Counted from the first letter of the whole stretch, positions 11,577 through 25,359 are shown. The stretch is DNA of 63,886 nt, filler included, from Octopus bimaculoides (GCF_001194135.2; 6 parts of 6 records of this genome joined end to end with filler, not necessarily neighbours in it); one strand, 5' to 3'. Numbers and translations: made by a program. The notes: a model not told the origin generated them from the sequence alone.

Positions 11577-12604
11577 GCATACATACATATATACACACAT
11601 ACATACATTCTGTATATTTTTCGAGAAGTTTATTATTTATTTATATATGAGCATGTTTAGACATGCAACTGTAAGCAGGAGAATGCATACATAAGACAAG
11701 ACGTACAAATCTGCACATATACATACATACATACATACATACATACATTCATACATACATATATACATTCATATATACATACATACATACATACATACAT
11801 ACATACATACATACATACATACATACTTATGTACATACATGCATACATACATAGATCTGGTGTGCGTTGCACATGCACANNNNNNNNNNNNNNNNNNNNN
11901 NNNNNNNNNNNNNNNNNNNNNNNNNNNNNNNNNNNNNNNNNNNNNNNNNNNNNNNNNNNNNNNNNNNNNNNNNNNNNNNNNNNNNNNNNNNNNNNNNNNN
12001 NNNNNNNNNNNNNNNNNNNNNNNNNNNNNNNNNNNNNNNNNNNNNNNNNNNNNNNNNNNNNNNNNNNNNNNNNNNNNNNNNNNNNNNNNNNNNNNNNNNN
12101 NNNNNNNNNNNNNNNNNNNNNNNNNNNNNNNNNNNNNNNNNNNNNNNNNNNNNNNNNNNNNNNNNNNNNNNNNNNNNNNNNNNNNNNNNNNNNNNNNNNN
12201 NNNNNNNNNNNNNNNNNNNNNNNNNNNNNNNNNNNNNNNNNNNNNNNNNNNNNNNNNNNNNNNNNNNNNNNNNNNNNNNNNNNNNNNNNNNNNNNNNNNN
12301 NNNNNNNNNNNNNNNNNNNNNNNNNNNNNNNNNNNNNNNNNNNNNNNNNNNNNNNNNNNNNNNNNNNNNNNNNNNNNNNNNNNNNNNNNNNNNNNNNNNN
12401 NNNNNNNNNNNNNNNNNNNNNNNNNNNNNNNNNNNNNNNNNNNNNNNNNNNNNNNNNNNNNNNNNNNNNNNNNNNNNNNNNNNNNNNNNNNNNNNNNNNN
12501 NNNNNNNNNNNNNNNNNNNNNNNNNNNNNNNNNNNNNNNNNNNNNNNNNNNNNNNNNNNNNNNNNNNNNNNNNNNNNGTGTGTGTGTGTGTGTATATACG
12601 TATG

Positions 12605-12666
<62 letters not shown>

Positions 12667-13341
12667 CCGACAGGCAGACAGACAGACAGACAAACAGACA
12701 GACGGTCCGACAGACAGACCGACTGACAAAATTGGAGGTTGGAGAAAAAATTGGAAAGTGGGTGAAGGTTATAGCTCGTAAGAAAGACAATACAGTTAGT
12801 TATAAGTTTGGATTTCCTCTCCTGTTCTGCACGTGTTATTCACGCTGCATATAGCACGTAGCGTCTAAAACCAGATGATGCAGAATATGCTTTTAGCTGC
12901 ACATCAATTGCTGGCATAACTTAACACTGACTACAGTCTCTTTATGCTTCCAACTTGTAGATAATTTAGCCGAACATACATTATTTGGATTCTTCGTCAC
13001 TACCTGTTGTGGTATTATATCGGTTTCCATAACAGACAGAAATATAGATAGGTAGAAGAGATGGACTTACAGCAGAGAAATAGATAGATGGGGGACAAAA
13101 ATATATAGATAACTCGATAAGCACATGTGTTTAGGGTATAGACAAAAGAGATTCTTTAAATGTGCTAGCTTCCTGGTAATAAATCGATATTAATTAATAT
13201 CTGATTTTTTACCCTATGTTTTAATTTGATTAACCATAACCAAGTTGTGGAATCGAACTCGGAATCTTAGGGTTAGTAGCCCGCGCTGTTAACCACTACG
13301 TCATATGGCATAGTGGTTAAGAGCGCGATTCCAAGCAGTGA

Positions 13342-13461
<120 letters not shown>

Positions 13462-13513
13462 CAACATCGAAAAATAGCTTAGGAATGGGAACCCAGGTTC
13501 GAAATTTCCCCAA

Positions 13514-13559
13514 GACACCTGATGAAGGCTGGAGGGTATATCAGCCGAAACGTTGTGTT
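13514..13559 (+). ncRNA. Type I hammerhead ribozyme motif (minimal, dimer-type)
   Basis: GACAC-CTGATGA-A-GGCTG..CAGCC-GAAA-CG-TT-GTGTT. Stem I GACAC/GTGTT, intact core, stem II GGCTG/CAGCC, loopless palindromic stem III (AACGTT), predicted GUU cleavage after 13554. Confidence 0.72.
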
Positions 13560-13757
13560 AACAACAAACAAGATGAGGACAAATATCCGTCAAATGTAAA
13601 TAATGTACATAATTCTTCATTTCGTAAATATAGAACTGTATTAAACGAATACTAGTCTTACATCTGCAACCTTGGTACTTTGCAGTTACTACACACACGA
13701 ACATCTTAGACTGTACCCACAAGAATACCACATCTAATGTACAGACGTCCTATATCC

Positions 13758-13942
13758 TCATTGTATGCTTTCATCTGTTACGAAACGGTCTCTGTTTCGT
13801 ATTGCCTCAAAGAAAGCCCTAATATACTTTTTCCACGCTATTCTTGAAGCGTCTTGCCCACAAGTACTCAAGTGCTTTGCTAGATCCTTTCTCTCCAGAA
13901 CATCAAGTTCCGTTTTCCCTGCAAATGCTGGCTCAGAAAAGT
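13758..13942 (-). CDS. Candidate terminal coding exon of an unidentified minus-strand gene
   Basis: Minus-strand acceptor tttacgtttcacttag| (alternative catttgcag| at 13918), then the open frame DFSEPAFAGKTELDVLERKDLAKHLSTCGQDASRIAWKKYIRAFFEAIRNRDRFVTDESIQ* in non-repetitive sequence. No family recognised. Confidence 0.3.
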
Positions 13943-14027
13943 CTAAGTGAAACGTAAATTGACTTCACGAATCTCGTATGTCCTGTGAATGTCCTAGATG
14001 TTGCTTCTTTTTCAGGTTTCATCATGA

Positions 14028-14086
<59 letters not shown>

Positions 14087-15490
14087 CTTCTTTAAATGTG
14101 TATAATCGGTCATATGATCAATTACGTGGTCGCTCGTCGCTCGTCCTATAGAAATAGTAGATATTGATCAATATTCGACGGATCACTTCAGTTATGCCTT
14201 CACACAACTTTTCTTTTTAATACTCTTAGACAAAACAAAGACACGGTTACAGAGAGACACACATAAAAATACTTAAACACATACACAGGCACACACACAC
14301 AGAGACGTGTGTGTGCATGTATGCGTGTGTATGTGTGTGTGAGTGTGTGTTCCCTCTCCTTTAACATCCCTCTCTCTATCTATCTAATAACTAACTCCCA
14401 ATATTCATCTTTTCATTCTCTTTCTCATGCTGGCACCTCACTCTCTGCACTTTCGCCTCTCTCTCTCTCTTATTCCCTCACTTCGTCCCTCTCTCAGTCG
14501 TCCTCCTCTCTCTCTTACTCCACTCTCTCTCTCTCTCTTACTCCACCCCCTCTCTCTCCTTCTCTCTGTCCCTAATTTCAACTTTTGCTTATTCCGTGTA
14601 ATTTGCAGTTCCTGTTTAAAAAAAAACAAAGGTTCGATTCCCAGGTAAGACACCTGGTAACCATCAGAGAACGTGTTAGCAACAGTTTATACATTCTCTA
14701 TCTTTCAAGGACATAGCAAGGTAACCTTTTACTTAGAGATTCTAAAGCAAAACTTTATATACACAGCTGCTGCACACACTCACATACGCACGCACGTACG
14801 CGTGCGCAAATGTATCTGTATATATATANNNNNNNNNNNNNNNNNNNNNNNNNNNNNNNNNNNNNNNNNNNNNNNNNNNNNNNNNNNNNNNNNNNNNNNN
14901 NNNNNNNNNNNNNNNNNNNNNNNNNNNNNNNNNNNNNNNNNNNNNNNNNNNNNNNNNNNNNNNNNNNNNNNNNNNNNNNNNNNNNNNNNNNNNNNNNNNN
15001 NNNNNNNNNNNNNNNNNNNNNNNNNNNNNNNATATATATATATAGCTACATGTATGTATATATATATACCTATATATATATATATATGCATGTATTTATA
15101 TCTATATGTATGAGTGTATGTGTGTGTATGTCTGTATGTATGTATGTATATATATATATGCATTTATTTATGTATATATATACACATGCCCACTCACACG
15201 TATATACGAATATATGTAAATATATATGTATTTATTTATATATATGTCAAAATATATACGTATTCATATATGTGTATGTATGTATGTGTTTGTGTTTATG
15301 TACGCATATAGTGTTTGTGTGAGCGTGTGTATATATGTATCTGTATGTCGGTGGACAAGTGAATGGTTGCATAGATATTTATATGTATGTATAGCATGTC
15401 TCCATAAATCTATTTACATCTGTCAGTGTACGTATGTGTATACGTATGTGTGAGTGTATGTGTACGTATGTGTGTATGTGCGCATATGCA

Positions 15491-15557
<67 letters not shown>

Positions 15558-16604
15558 ACGCGTGTGTGTTAGTATTTATATGTGCGAGTGTGCAAGTAAG
15601 TCAGTGCAACGGATGTACGAGTTTGAGCTGCTTAAAGAAAGCAGACAGAAGGAATCGATGGTGGGGGGTGCCAATGTTTAATGGTTGCTCACTGTGACAT
15701 TGCATTCTTATATTACAAATCTCAGAGGAAACACCTTCTGTTGGCCTCGGCTCTTGACCTTCACTGAACCATTCCGACATGCTGTAAATGGGTATCTGCA
15801 ACTAGTTATTAAGCCAGAGGTAGCTCTATAGAATTGATGAGTAGCAATAGTATGGAAGCATACGCTGTAACAGCGCGTCGCTGCACCCACCATTTGGTTG
15901 TGTTTCCCTACTCTGCCAGGAATAGGGAAACACATACTCTTGGCGGGTTAGGTAGTCGTTGCTGAGAGATTTACGAGATCGGAGTGGAAATTCTAGCTCA
16001 GCCCCTTTTAGTAGACTTTTACGACACTCAAAGGGAAACGTTGAGGTCTATTCTTTGGCGTGCCTTCCCCAAACAACGCGTGCTAGAAGGGCTGACTTAA
16101 AATTCTATAACTAAAAAAATCCCAATGCAATATCTCTCTCAAAAAAATGTACATCTCCGCCTTGAAAAATATACGACTCATTGCATGAGGTTGTCCTGGA
16201 TACACAATGTTTATAGAAAAGGTAGAGCGATCATGGCTGGTGAATTGTATCCCCCCATGTACCAGCATTCTGATTTTCAACTAGAATAGACCATGTGCTC
16301 ATTGCCTGAAGATTTCTTGGGGATACAAGACATTATGAAAACCTGCCCTGCCACGTGTCTTTACTGTGTACATCCACAAGTCATCCACAAGTCATCCACA
16401 AGTCTCTGGTCGGCCCAGGCTTATAAAGGAAGACACGAAGCAAAGGCACTATGCAGTGGAGCTGACCTGAAACCATGTGGTTGGGTAAGCGAACCTCTTA
16501 CCACATAGCCATGTGGTAAAACAGGCACACGTACGCGCTCGTGCGCGCACACATACAAACACATATAGATAACTAGTATTCTATTATTAAAACATTATTC
16601 TTTT

Positions 16605-16818
16605 CTACTCTAGGTACAAGGCCCGAAATTTGGGGGGAGTGGCGGGGCTAGTCGATTAGATCGGCCCCAGTACACAAGTGGTACTTAATTTATCGACCCC
16701 AAAAATATGAAAAGCAAAGTCGGCCTCGGCGGAATTTGAACTCAGAACGTAAAGACAGACGAAATACCGCAGGGATTTCGCCTGGCGTGCTAACGTTTCT
16801 GTCAGCTTCTCGCCTTCG
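16605..16818 (-). mobile_element. tRNA-headed SINE family B
   Basis: Minus strand GGCGAGAAGCTGACAGAAACGTTAGCACGCC..GAGTTCAAATTCCGCCGAGGCCGACTTTGC. Other copies at about 1123-1226 (+), 20300-20540, 24608-25030, 33060-33280 (+), 47520-47725, 49450-49640 and 50465-50690 (+). Confidence 0.8.
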
Positions 16819-18612
16819 ATTAACCCATTATTAAAAGAATAATTAACAAAGNNNNNNNNNNNNNNNNNNNNNNNNNNNNNNNNNNNNNNNNNNNNNNNNN
16901 NNNNNNNNNNNNNNNNNNNNNNNNNNNNNNNNNNNNNNNNNNNNNNNNNNNNNNNNNNNNNNNNNNNNNNNNNNNNNNNNNNNNNNNNNNNNNNNNNNNN
17001 NNNNNNNNNNNNNNNNNNNNNNNNNNNNNNNNNNNNNNNNNNNNNNNNNNNNNNNNNNNNNNNNNNNNNNNNNNNNNNNNNNNNNNNNNNNNNNNNNNNN
17101 NNNNNNNNNNNNNNNNNNNNNNNNNNNNNNNNNNNNNNNNNNNNNNNNNNNNNNNNNNNNNNNNNNNNNNNNNNNNNNNNNNNNNNNNNNNNNNNNNNNN
17201 NNNNNNNNNNNNNNNNNNNNNNNNNNATATATATAAACAAATAGTAAATGAGTATATGCATATATACGTACAGGTATGTGCATACCGACATCCACCTGTA
17301 TGTATAGGTGCATATCTGGGTACAGGACATTGCAAACAAAACGTAGACGAGAAAACACACAAGCCACATAGAGAACATTCTACTTCATCAACTACCCACG
17401 TTTTAACACCGGCGTTTCGACGAGATACACATACATACACTCACATACATACATACATATATACACACATACATACAAACATAAAAACATACATACATAC
17501 ATACACAAATTTAAGCAATGTGACTGCCAGAAGAACGGTACCGATTTTTGTGAACCCCTGCTGCTTGTGAAGTTCGTTCTTAAAATGTGCGTAAGTGTCG
17601 ATATATTTTCTTATGCATATTGATGCATGTGGGACCACTTAACTGAAATAGTAAAATGTTAAAGTAAAAACATGTAAAATAAGATTCTTGAATACTTTTG
17701 AAAGAAGATAAACAATTCTTAAAATTCTATTGTGAGATATTTCAACGAAAAAATACATTCCCAAACGAATTATATTTAAATTTCTTCTGAAGCAAAACCA
17801 ACAGTACTTTACCGAATGCATGCGTTGTAAGCTGAAAGCAATAAATTTGATTTCCATATATTAATTCGCACATACAGTAGTCCAGATAAAATCACTGGTC
17901 AATATATTTACATAAGAGGAAACCTTCCAAAACATTAATAATAACATGCAATTTATCTAATCGTTAAGATTTTATTTTTAATTTCAAGCTTCTGTAATTT
18001 TATAATCATAAAATTTTGGAATGTCTCTCTACAAAATAAATTCTTGCAGTGGCAACAGTTGCAGGCTATTCCTCAATATTAAGTAATATTCCTGGGTGTC
18101 TTAATACCTGAAAATTGTTTTCTACAAGGAATAATGAGAAAGGACAGTGCAAGAGGGTAAACAAAGAAAAGCGTTAGCCAGACTTCTGAAAGGTGCTAAT
18201 GATTTGAAGGTGCGAGTGGATTTGGAGAAAATGCATTCCCATATCCATACCTTGAATTTATAGTTTAGTCTAATTATATTTTTTTTAAAAACCTTCATAT
18301 TGTTAAGTTGACTGCACCTTTGGAAGATATTATGGAGTGGGCCCAAGAAGGTAAAAATATAATATGAAAGAAGTTGAGGATTGTATGAGATACCAGTATG
18401 GCAGTTTGCGATGATTCGGATAGTCTCTTCCTGGCCGTTTGAGAAAACTGATTGACGCCACCGGTGCTTACGTTGAGATATGAAGATCTACTTTCATTTT
18501 CCCATCTAATAAAGAACATGAATCATTTATTTCACTAAATTTGTAAAAGGAATATGGATTTTATTACAAATTTTTAATATCTACTTACTTTTCACCTACC
18601 CTGTATACATAC

Positions 18613-18689
<77 letters not shown>

Positions 18690-18698
18690 TATATATAT

Positions 18699-18798
18699 NN
18701 NNNNNNNNNNNNNNNNNNNNNNNNNNNNNNNNNNNNNNNNNNTTAATTAATTAANNNNNNNNNNNNNNNNNNNNNNNNNNNNNNNNNNNNNNNNNNNN
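18699..18798. other. Assembly join placeholder
   Basis: Same 44+12+44 layout. Confidence 0.9.
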
Positions 18799-19628
18799 AC
18801 ATAGAATAGTCTTAGAGTCTTAGTTAAACATATGGTATTTATTTTTTTATAACAATGTTGAAGTTTATTTTATTGTAGTGTTCAGCATGCTCTGTTTCAA
18901 TTCCCATGGTGTGTGACTCCAACGCATGCTTCTATGTGTGTATATAGCCCTTAAGTAGATTCAAATGGTAAAGCCTGGGAATGTTTTACCGAAATTCACA
19001 CTGTTTAAATAATTTATTGAATCTGTTGGGTGCAAGGCATTTTCTCATCTGTTTTTTTAGAGAATCCCAACATTTTTTTCTCTAGGCTTGTGCACTATTG
19101 TATATTTGCTGGAATGCAATGCTCACATGTGTTTGCATAATGAGTATATGTGTGTTTGTGTGCATGTGTGTAACTTGTTTGTGTGTTTGTGAATATGTGT
19201 GCATGTGTATGTTCTTTTAATATTTCTGGCAAAATAAAGAATTTCTTGGAAATATCAAAGCTTCTTTGCCCTGATTTTGGTAGTGGTGTTTTTCTTTTTG
19301 TCAGGCCATAAACAAAAATAAAGAGAGGAAGAAAGATAAAAGGGTTAATAAAGTAATATACTAATTATTTTAAAACTTTCACATGTATTTTCACTATTCT
19401 GCTGTAACTTTCATAGAATTTAGGTTCACTACCATATTTCTTAGCTGGAAACCTATAAAATTGTCAAGGGTGCTGTTTAGACAAGTTGTTCCTAAACATT
19501 CTACCCCCACCCTTTTTTTTTTAAAGTTGCAGGGTGTTTTAGAGTAGATTGCAAATATTACAGTATACTTTGGGCGTAAAGTCAAAAAAATGTATTTAAA
19601 AAGGTATTTATACTTTTTAATAAGTGCC

Positions 19629-19910
19629 GATGTGGTTGTGTGACAAGAAAGAAGCTTGCTTCCTAACCACATGGTTCCAGATTCAGTCCCACTGCATGGC
19701 ATCTTCAGCAAATGTCTTCTACTATTGCTTTGAGCCAACCAAAGCCTTGTGAGTGGATTTGGTAGACAGAAACCAAAAGAAGCCCATCATGTATGTGTGT
19801 GTGTATGTGTGTGTGTGTGTTTCCTTGTGTCTGCGTTTCTCTCTCACCAGTTAGACAACTGATACTGGTGTGTTTATATCTCCATAACTTAGCAGTTCAA
19901 CAAAAAAAAC
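19629..19910 (+). mobile_element. SINE family A, diverged copy
   Basis: Core GCCAACCAAAGCCTTGTGAGTGGATTTGGTAGACAGAAAC. Confidence 0.75.
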
Positions 19911-21024
19911 AATAGATGATGATAGATAGACAGACAGACAGACAGATAAATATTATATATACATATATGTATATATATATATATATATNNNNNNNNNNNN
20001 NNNNNNNNNNNNNNNNNNNNNNNNNNNNNNNNNNNNNNNNNNNNNNNNNNNNNNNNNNNNNNNNNNNNNNNNNNNNNNNNNNNNNNNNNNNNNNNNNNNN
20101 NNNNNNNNNNNNNNNNNNTATATATATACACATGTACATATATGCATGTGTGTATTTGTGTATGTGTGTATTTATCTCCCACATCTTGACAACTGGTATA
20201 AGTTTGTTTATACCCCTGTAATTTAGTAGTTCGGCTAAAAAGGAGACCAATATAATAAGTACCAGATTTATATTAAAACATAAGCACTACAATTCAATTG
20301 ATCAACTAACGATATTGGTTTCAAATTTTGGCACAAGGTCAGCAATAGCAATTCCTGAACAGGGGTTAAGTTGATTACATTGACTCCAATGAGCAACTGG
20401 TACATATTTTATATTGACTCTCAAAAAAGATGAAAGGTAAAATTGATGTCGGTGGAATTGGAACTCAGAATATAAAGACAGACAAAAATATCACAAAGCA
20501 TTTTGCCCAACATACTAGCAATTCTTCCAGCTTGCCTCCTTACTTACTAGAAATATTAAAGAACGAAGTTACATATGCACATATATTTATAAGCACACTC
20601 ACACACACATACACATGCACAAACATATGTACATGCATATACACACACATGTGAACTTGCATTCCAGCAGACATTCAATAGTGCATGAGTAGAAAAAATA
20701 AAGAACAAAAATATTGCAATTCTCTAAAAAAAACAGATGAGAAACTGTTTTGCACACAATAGATTCAACAAACTATTTAAACAGTGTGAATTTTGGCAAA
20801 ATATTCCTTGAGTAGGGACCCAATTCTTTGGTACAGTACCCAAACCCATGTAAACCTAAAAATAGTCTTGATTGTGACACACCATTTGGAAACTACTTGG
20901 TATCTTTTATCTTTTACTTTTCTCAGGCGTTAGACTGTGGCCATGCTGGGGCACCACCTTGAAGAATTTTTATTTGAATAAATCGACCCTAGAACTTATT
21001 ATTTTTTGTAAATTTTATTTATTT

Positions 21025-21326
21025 ATGCACCCTTTTAAAGCCTAGCCAGACTCATGGGCCCGGTTTCCTGGTTTCTATGGTGTATGTGTTCCCCCCAGCT
21101 GGACGGGACGCCAGTCCATCACAGCGTTACTCAAGAAATGGAAAGAAAGAGTGAGAGAAAGTTGGGCAAAAGAGTACAACAGGGGTCGCCACCACCCCCT
21201 GCTGGAGCCTTGTGGAGCTTTAGGTGTTTCCGTTCAATAAACACACATAACGCCCGGTCTGGGAATCGAAACCGCGATCCTCCGACCACAAGTCCGCTGC
21301 CCTAACCATGGGCCATTGCGCCTCCA
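21025..21326 (-). mobile_element. tRNA-headed SINE, body C + tail D
   Basis: Minus strand GGAGGCGCAATGGCCC..GGTTTCGATTCCCAGACCGGGCG head, AAACACCTAAAGCTCCAC body, GATGGACTGGCGTCCCGTCCAGCTG...GGCTTTAAAAGGGTGCAT tail. Confidence 0.8.
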
Positions 21327-21332
21327 CATTTT

Positions 21333-21640
21333 TTGTAAAGCCTGGTACTTATTCTATCGGTCTCTTTTGCCGAACCACTAAGTTACGGGGACATAAACAC
21401 TCCAGCACCGGTTGTCAAGCGATGTTGGCAAACACAGACACACAAACACATACATATATATATATATACATATATTCGACGGGCTTCTTTCAGTTTCCGT
21501 CTACCAAATCCACTCACAAGGCTTTGGTCGGCCCGAGGCTATAGTAGAAGACACTTGCCCAAGATGCCACGAAGTGGGACTGAACCCGGGACCATGTGGT
21601 TGGTAAGCAAGCTACTTACCACACAGCCACTCCTACGCCT
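21333..21640 (-). mobile_element. SINE family A copy
   Basis: Reverse complement of the 50692 copy; tail fragment at about 20903-20996. Confidence 0.85.
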
Positions 21641-23407
21641 ATATATATATATATATATATGATGGACTCTCCCATCGTTAGACAATGTATGAGGATTCGA
21701 CAATTTTGACAGCAGCAGGAGGAGGAGGAGGAGGAGGAGGAGGAGAACCATATGGTGGAAAGCAAAAATATTACCACACAATGACACCTGCACCAATGAG
21801 GAAATCTCTGTGGAATGACTTGAGTTGTTAGAAATAGGAGCAAAAGCTCTTTCGAACCATACTCTGCTGCCTTGAAAAAAAGAATTTACATTTTTGTCAA
21901 AAGAATGGAATGTGTCCATGACTTCTACACTCCTCTCCACCACCACTACATATATAAGATCTGAAAAAAAAAAACAGGTTGGTCATGACTGGAATGCCTT
22001 TGATTATAGGTCTGTCTACTCAATCAGGGTTGCTGAGGAGTTAAAGAAAAACTGAGGAAAATTAATTTTCTTTTTTCAAATGCTTACCAACTTCTAATAA
22101 AGCACAACGAAGAATATCCTGGCATTCTACATTGCAGGCACTGGCTTTCAAAAATCCTCTTTAAAACTTAAAAGGGAAAATGAGAAATTCAGATTTGTTC
22201 TAAGTACATTTATAAAAGTATGTACAGTGAATCCAGATAAGAATTGAAACTGAACCATAAATTCTGCTTGTTAAAACCATACTTCAGTACCACAGTACCA
22301 ATTACACAGAGAGAAATAAGTGTAATTTTGAAAGTTTAGTAAGATTAAAGAAGAAAAAGCAAATTATAATATTCTAGAACATAAAAGTCTTTGTCAATCA
22401 ATTTATTGGATATTAAGATTTTCATTTCAAATTTGTTAAACACATGTTCAGTTATGTTAATATCTAAGAAATAGAATTAGTCACATCTGGATATCTATAC
22501 GTGGGGAGCAAGCAAATAGATAAACAGGCATTTCTCTTTGGAAATACAATTATAGCCTTGTACGAAATGGAAGGGGTAAGAATCTTGTGAATTTTTCATT
22601 CAACCAGAAAACTCCTTTTCCTAATGCCATTGGAACTAGACATAGAATTTCACAAGAGAAAGAAAATAAACTATGACAGTCAAAACATGGAGAAACTTGA
22701 AGAAAGAAAACTGAAATGCGCTTTGTTTTGTTTCTGATAATATCTGATAATGTAGATGATAATAGACACAGGCATGGCCACATGGTTAAGAAGTTTGTTT
22801 CACAACCATGTAGTCTCAGGTTCAATTCCACTTCATGCAAATGTTTTCTATCATAGCATTACAGTTACAATAAGAACTGGTAGCCCAGAAGCATCATTTT
22901 ATTCAATTAATCTTTTTAAAATGGTTGACGTAAATTTGCATATGCAATGTACATGCTTTAAATTGGTCAATATAATTATACACCGCCTGACTTAGAACCT
23001 ATTGCCTGAGTTATTACCACTACACCTGCCAACTGATGGGCCAATGCTTTAAAGATTTAGTTTTTTTCTGGTGCTTTCTGGGTACTTCTTGAATGACAAG
23101 GAATTTCAAGTGTTGTGGTTCATGATTATAGTATCAAAGAGGAAATCACATTCATTGATGCTGGACTGCTCTGCTCACATACTTCCTGAGCCCAACCTCT
23201 TTGTATGTCACTATGATAATCATGATGAAATGCCCACCAATAAATTCAGAGCTTATCTAGATCAGACCCTCAAAGAATCAACACTGCTTCAGTCACCAAC
23301 AGAAGTCTGTTTGGTGAAGTTAGAGTCTGACTGAATCTATGTGTGGTTCAGTATTCCAAATGGTGCCATATCTTTTGTTCAAACAGTGCTAATTTGACCA
23401 TCTAGAT

Positions 23408-23788
23408 CAGTGGTCCTTAATCATTATTACCAATGGACCCCTCTAATTCCTATTCTATTTTACTGGTCCCGCATAGCCATTTGATGTTTTAAAAAATCCT
23501 GGCAGTTGCCAGTACCACCAGACTGGCCCTCGTGCCGGTGGCACGTAAAAAGCACCCACTACACTCTTGGAGTGGTTGGTGTTAGGAAGGGCATCCAGCT
23601 GTAGAAACTCTGCCAAATCAGATTGGAGTCTGGTGTAGCCATCCACTTCGCCAGTCCCCAGTCAAACCGTCCAACCCATGCTAGCATGGAAAGCGGACAT
23701 TAAATGATGAGGATGATGATTTAGTGTATTGTAGAAGTATAACCAATTTATTGCACATACGTTTTTGGATCCTAGGTGAGAACCACTG
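23408..23788. mobile_element. hAT (Charlie-like) MITE with a nested RTE 3'-end fragment
   Basis: Termini CAGTGGTCCT/AGAACCACTG; 8-bp TSD ATCTAGAT (23400-23407) / ATCAAGAT (23789-23796). Internal about 23500-23720 is the RTE 3' UTR family ending in (GAT)n. Confidence 0.7.
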
Positions 23789-24550
23789 ATCAAGATGTTC
23801 CAATCTTTTGTTCATATTTCTTGTTGGGATTAGACTAAGCAAAACTTCACAAGGCTTTCAAATTATGCATGCTCATTTCCTAGCACTTCAAATTCTTCAC
23901 TCTCCATTCCACTCTCCAGATTTGCCAAGTGCTCATGTTGTCCATCTCCAAGTAGTCCTTGCATCTCTTGATTTTTACACCTACCCGTCCACTTTCTTCA
24001 AATTTTCCAGCATCCTTATAGTCTGCCCCATTTCAAGCAATATCTCCCAATAAGCATTTGTTTCACTTTGTAATATACTCTTCCCTTATTCTTTCCTACT
24101 CTCTCTTTCTCTTTCTGTCTCTTAATCTTTTCTTTCTTTACCATCAGAAAAAAAAACATACTTCTCCAATAAAGGATTCAGACCAAAATGATAAATTTTT
24201 CATCTTGTTCACAGCAAACCAATTCATTTCACTTTTAAAATGTTTAATACTCACTAATTGCCAACACAGAACCATAACTAATTTCTTCACATCATCCTGT
24301 TTACTGCATTAGTCTGGAGAAAAATTTGTCATTTCTGCATAACTTCCATAAATTATGATTTCACTTCATTTAATTTTTAATTCTAAAATGAACTTTCATA
24401 ATTTTTTTTTTCCATTTGACTAAATTCTTAATTTTTATCTAACGCACTATCGATTTGGCCAAGCCTGCCACCCTCACCCAGCTCTTTCTTTCTTAGATCC
24501 AACGGCTTGCAATTATATTGATGCTACATTTAATTATCATCATTATCAAG

Positions 24551-24604
<54 letters not shown>

Positions 24605-25359
24605 TTTTCAAATTTTACCATAAGGGCAGCCATTTTGGGAGAGGGGATAAGTCGATTACATCGACCCCAGTGTTTCACTAGTACTTAATTTATCGACCCC
24701 GAAAAGATAAAAGGCGAAGTCAACGTCAGCAGAATTTGAACTCAGAATGTAGTGACGGGTGAAATGCCACTAAGCATTTCGTCCAGCATATGCTTTCTAC
24801 TACAGGCACAAGGCCTGAAATTTTGGTGGGAAGGGGCTAATCGATTATATCAACCCATGCTCAACCAGTATTTATTTTACCAGTCTGTGTTTGACTGGTA
24901 CTTATTTTATCGACCCCTAAAAATATGCAAGGCAAAATTGACCTTGGTAGCATTTGAACTCAGAACATAAAGCTGGAAAAAACACCACTAAACATTTTGT
25001 CTAGCTTGCTAATGATTCTACCAGCTAGCCAAGTTTGAGTGCACAAGAAGTAACAGAAATGATAGAGTGCCAAGCTGTATCCCCTGAGGTATTTCATCAC
25101 TCCATCTTGGAAAACAGACATTCAAGAAATATTCAAGATTTACAAATACTTTGAGACAATGTCCTAAGAAGACATTTGCAGACTCTTGTATTACCATTAT
25201 CTTTTGTACATGAAAAATCTCAACCCAAATGTCTTTGAAAATATTTCTTCTTTTTTTTTTACCATCACTCAACTTCGTTATCAATCATCATTATTTTCAT
25301 TGTCGCCACTACCCCACCCCTCGCATCATCAGTCTTATTGTCATTGCTATTGGCATCTC

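Noticed and set aside
13249-13303. tRNA gene calls for this and other A/B-box heads (50692, 53724, 57672, 21250-21326)
   Set aside because: No complete cloverleaf is evident, and each head continues into a repeated SINE or element body.
14609-14644. 36-nt microexon (FLFKKKQRFDSQ) with AG/GTAAGA boundaries
   Set aside because: It has a stop in the phase needed to continue ANKEF1, and GGTTCGATTCCC looks like a SINE B-box remnant. Unsupported without transcripts.
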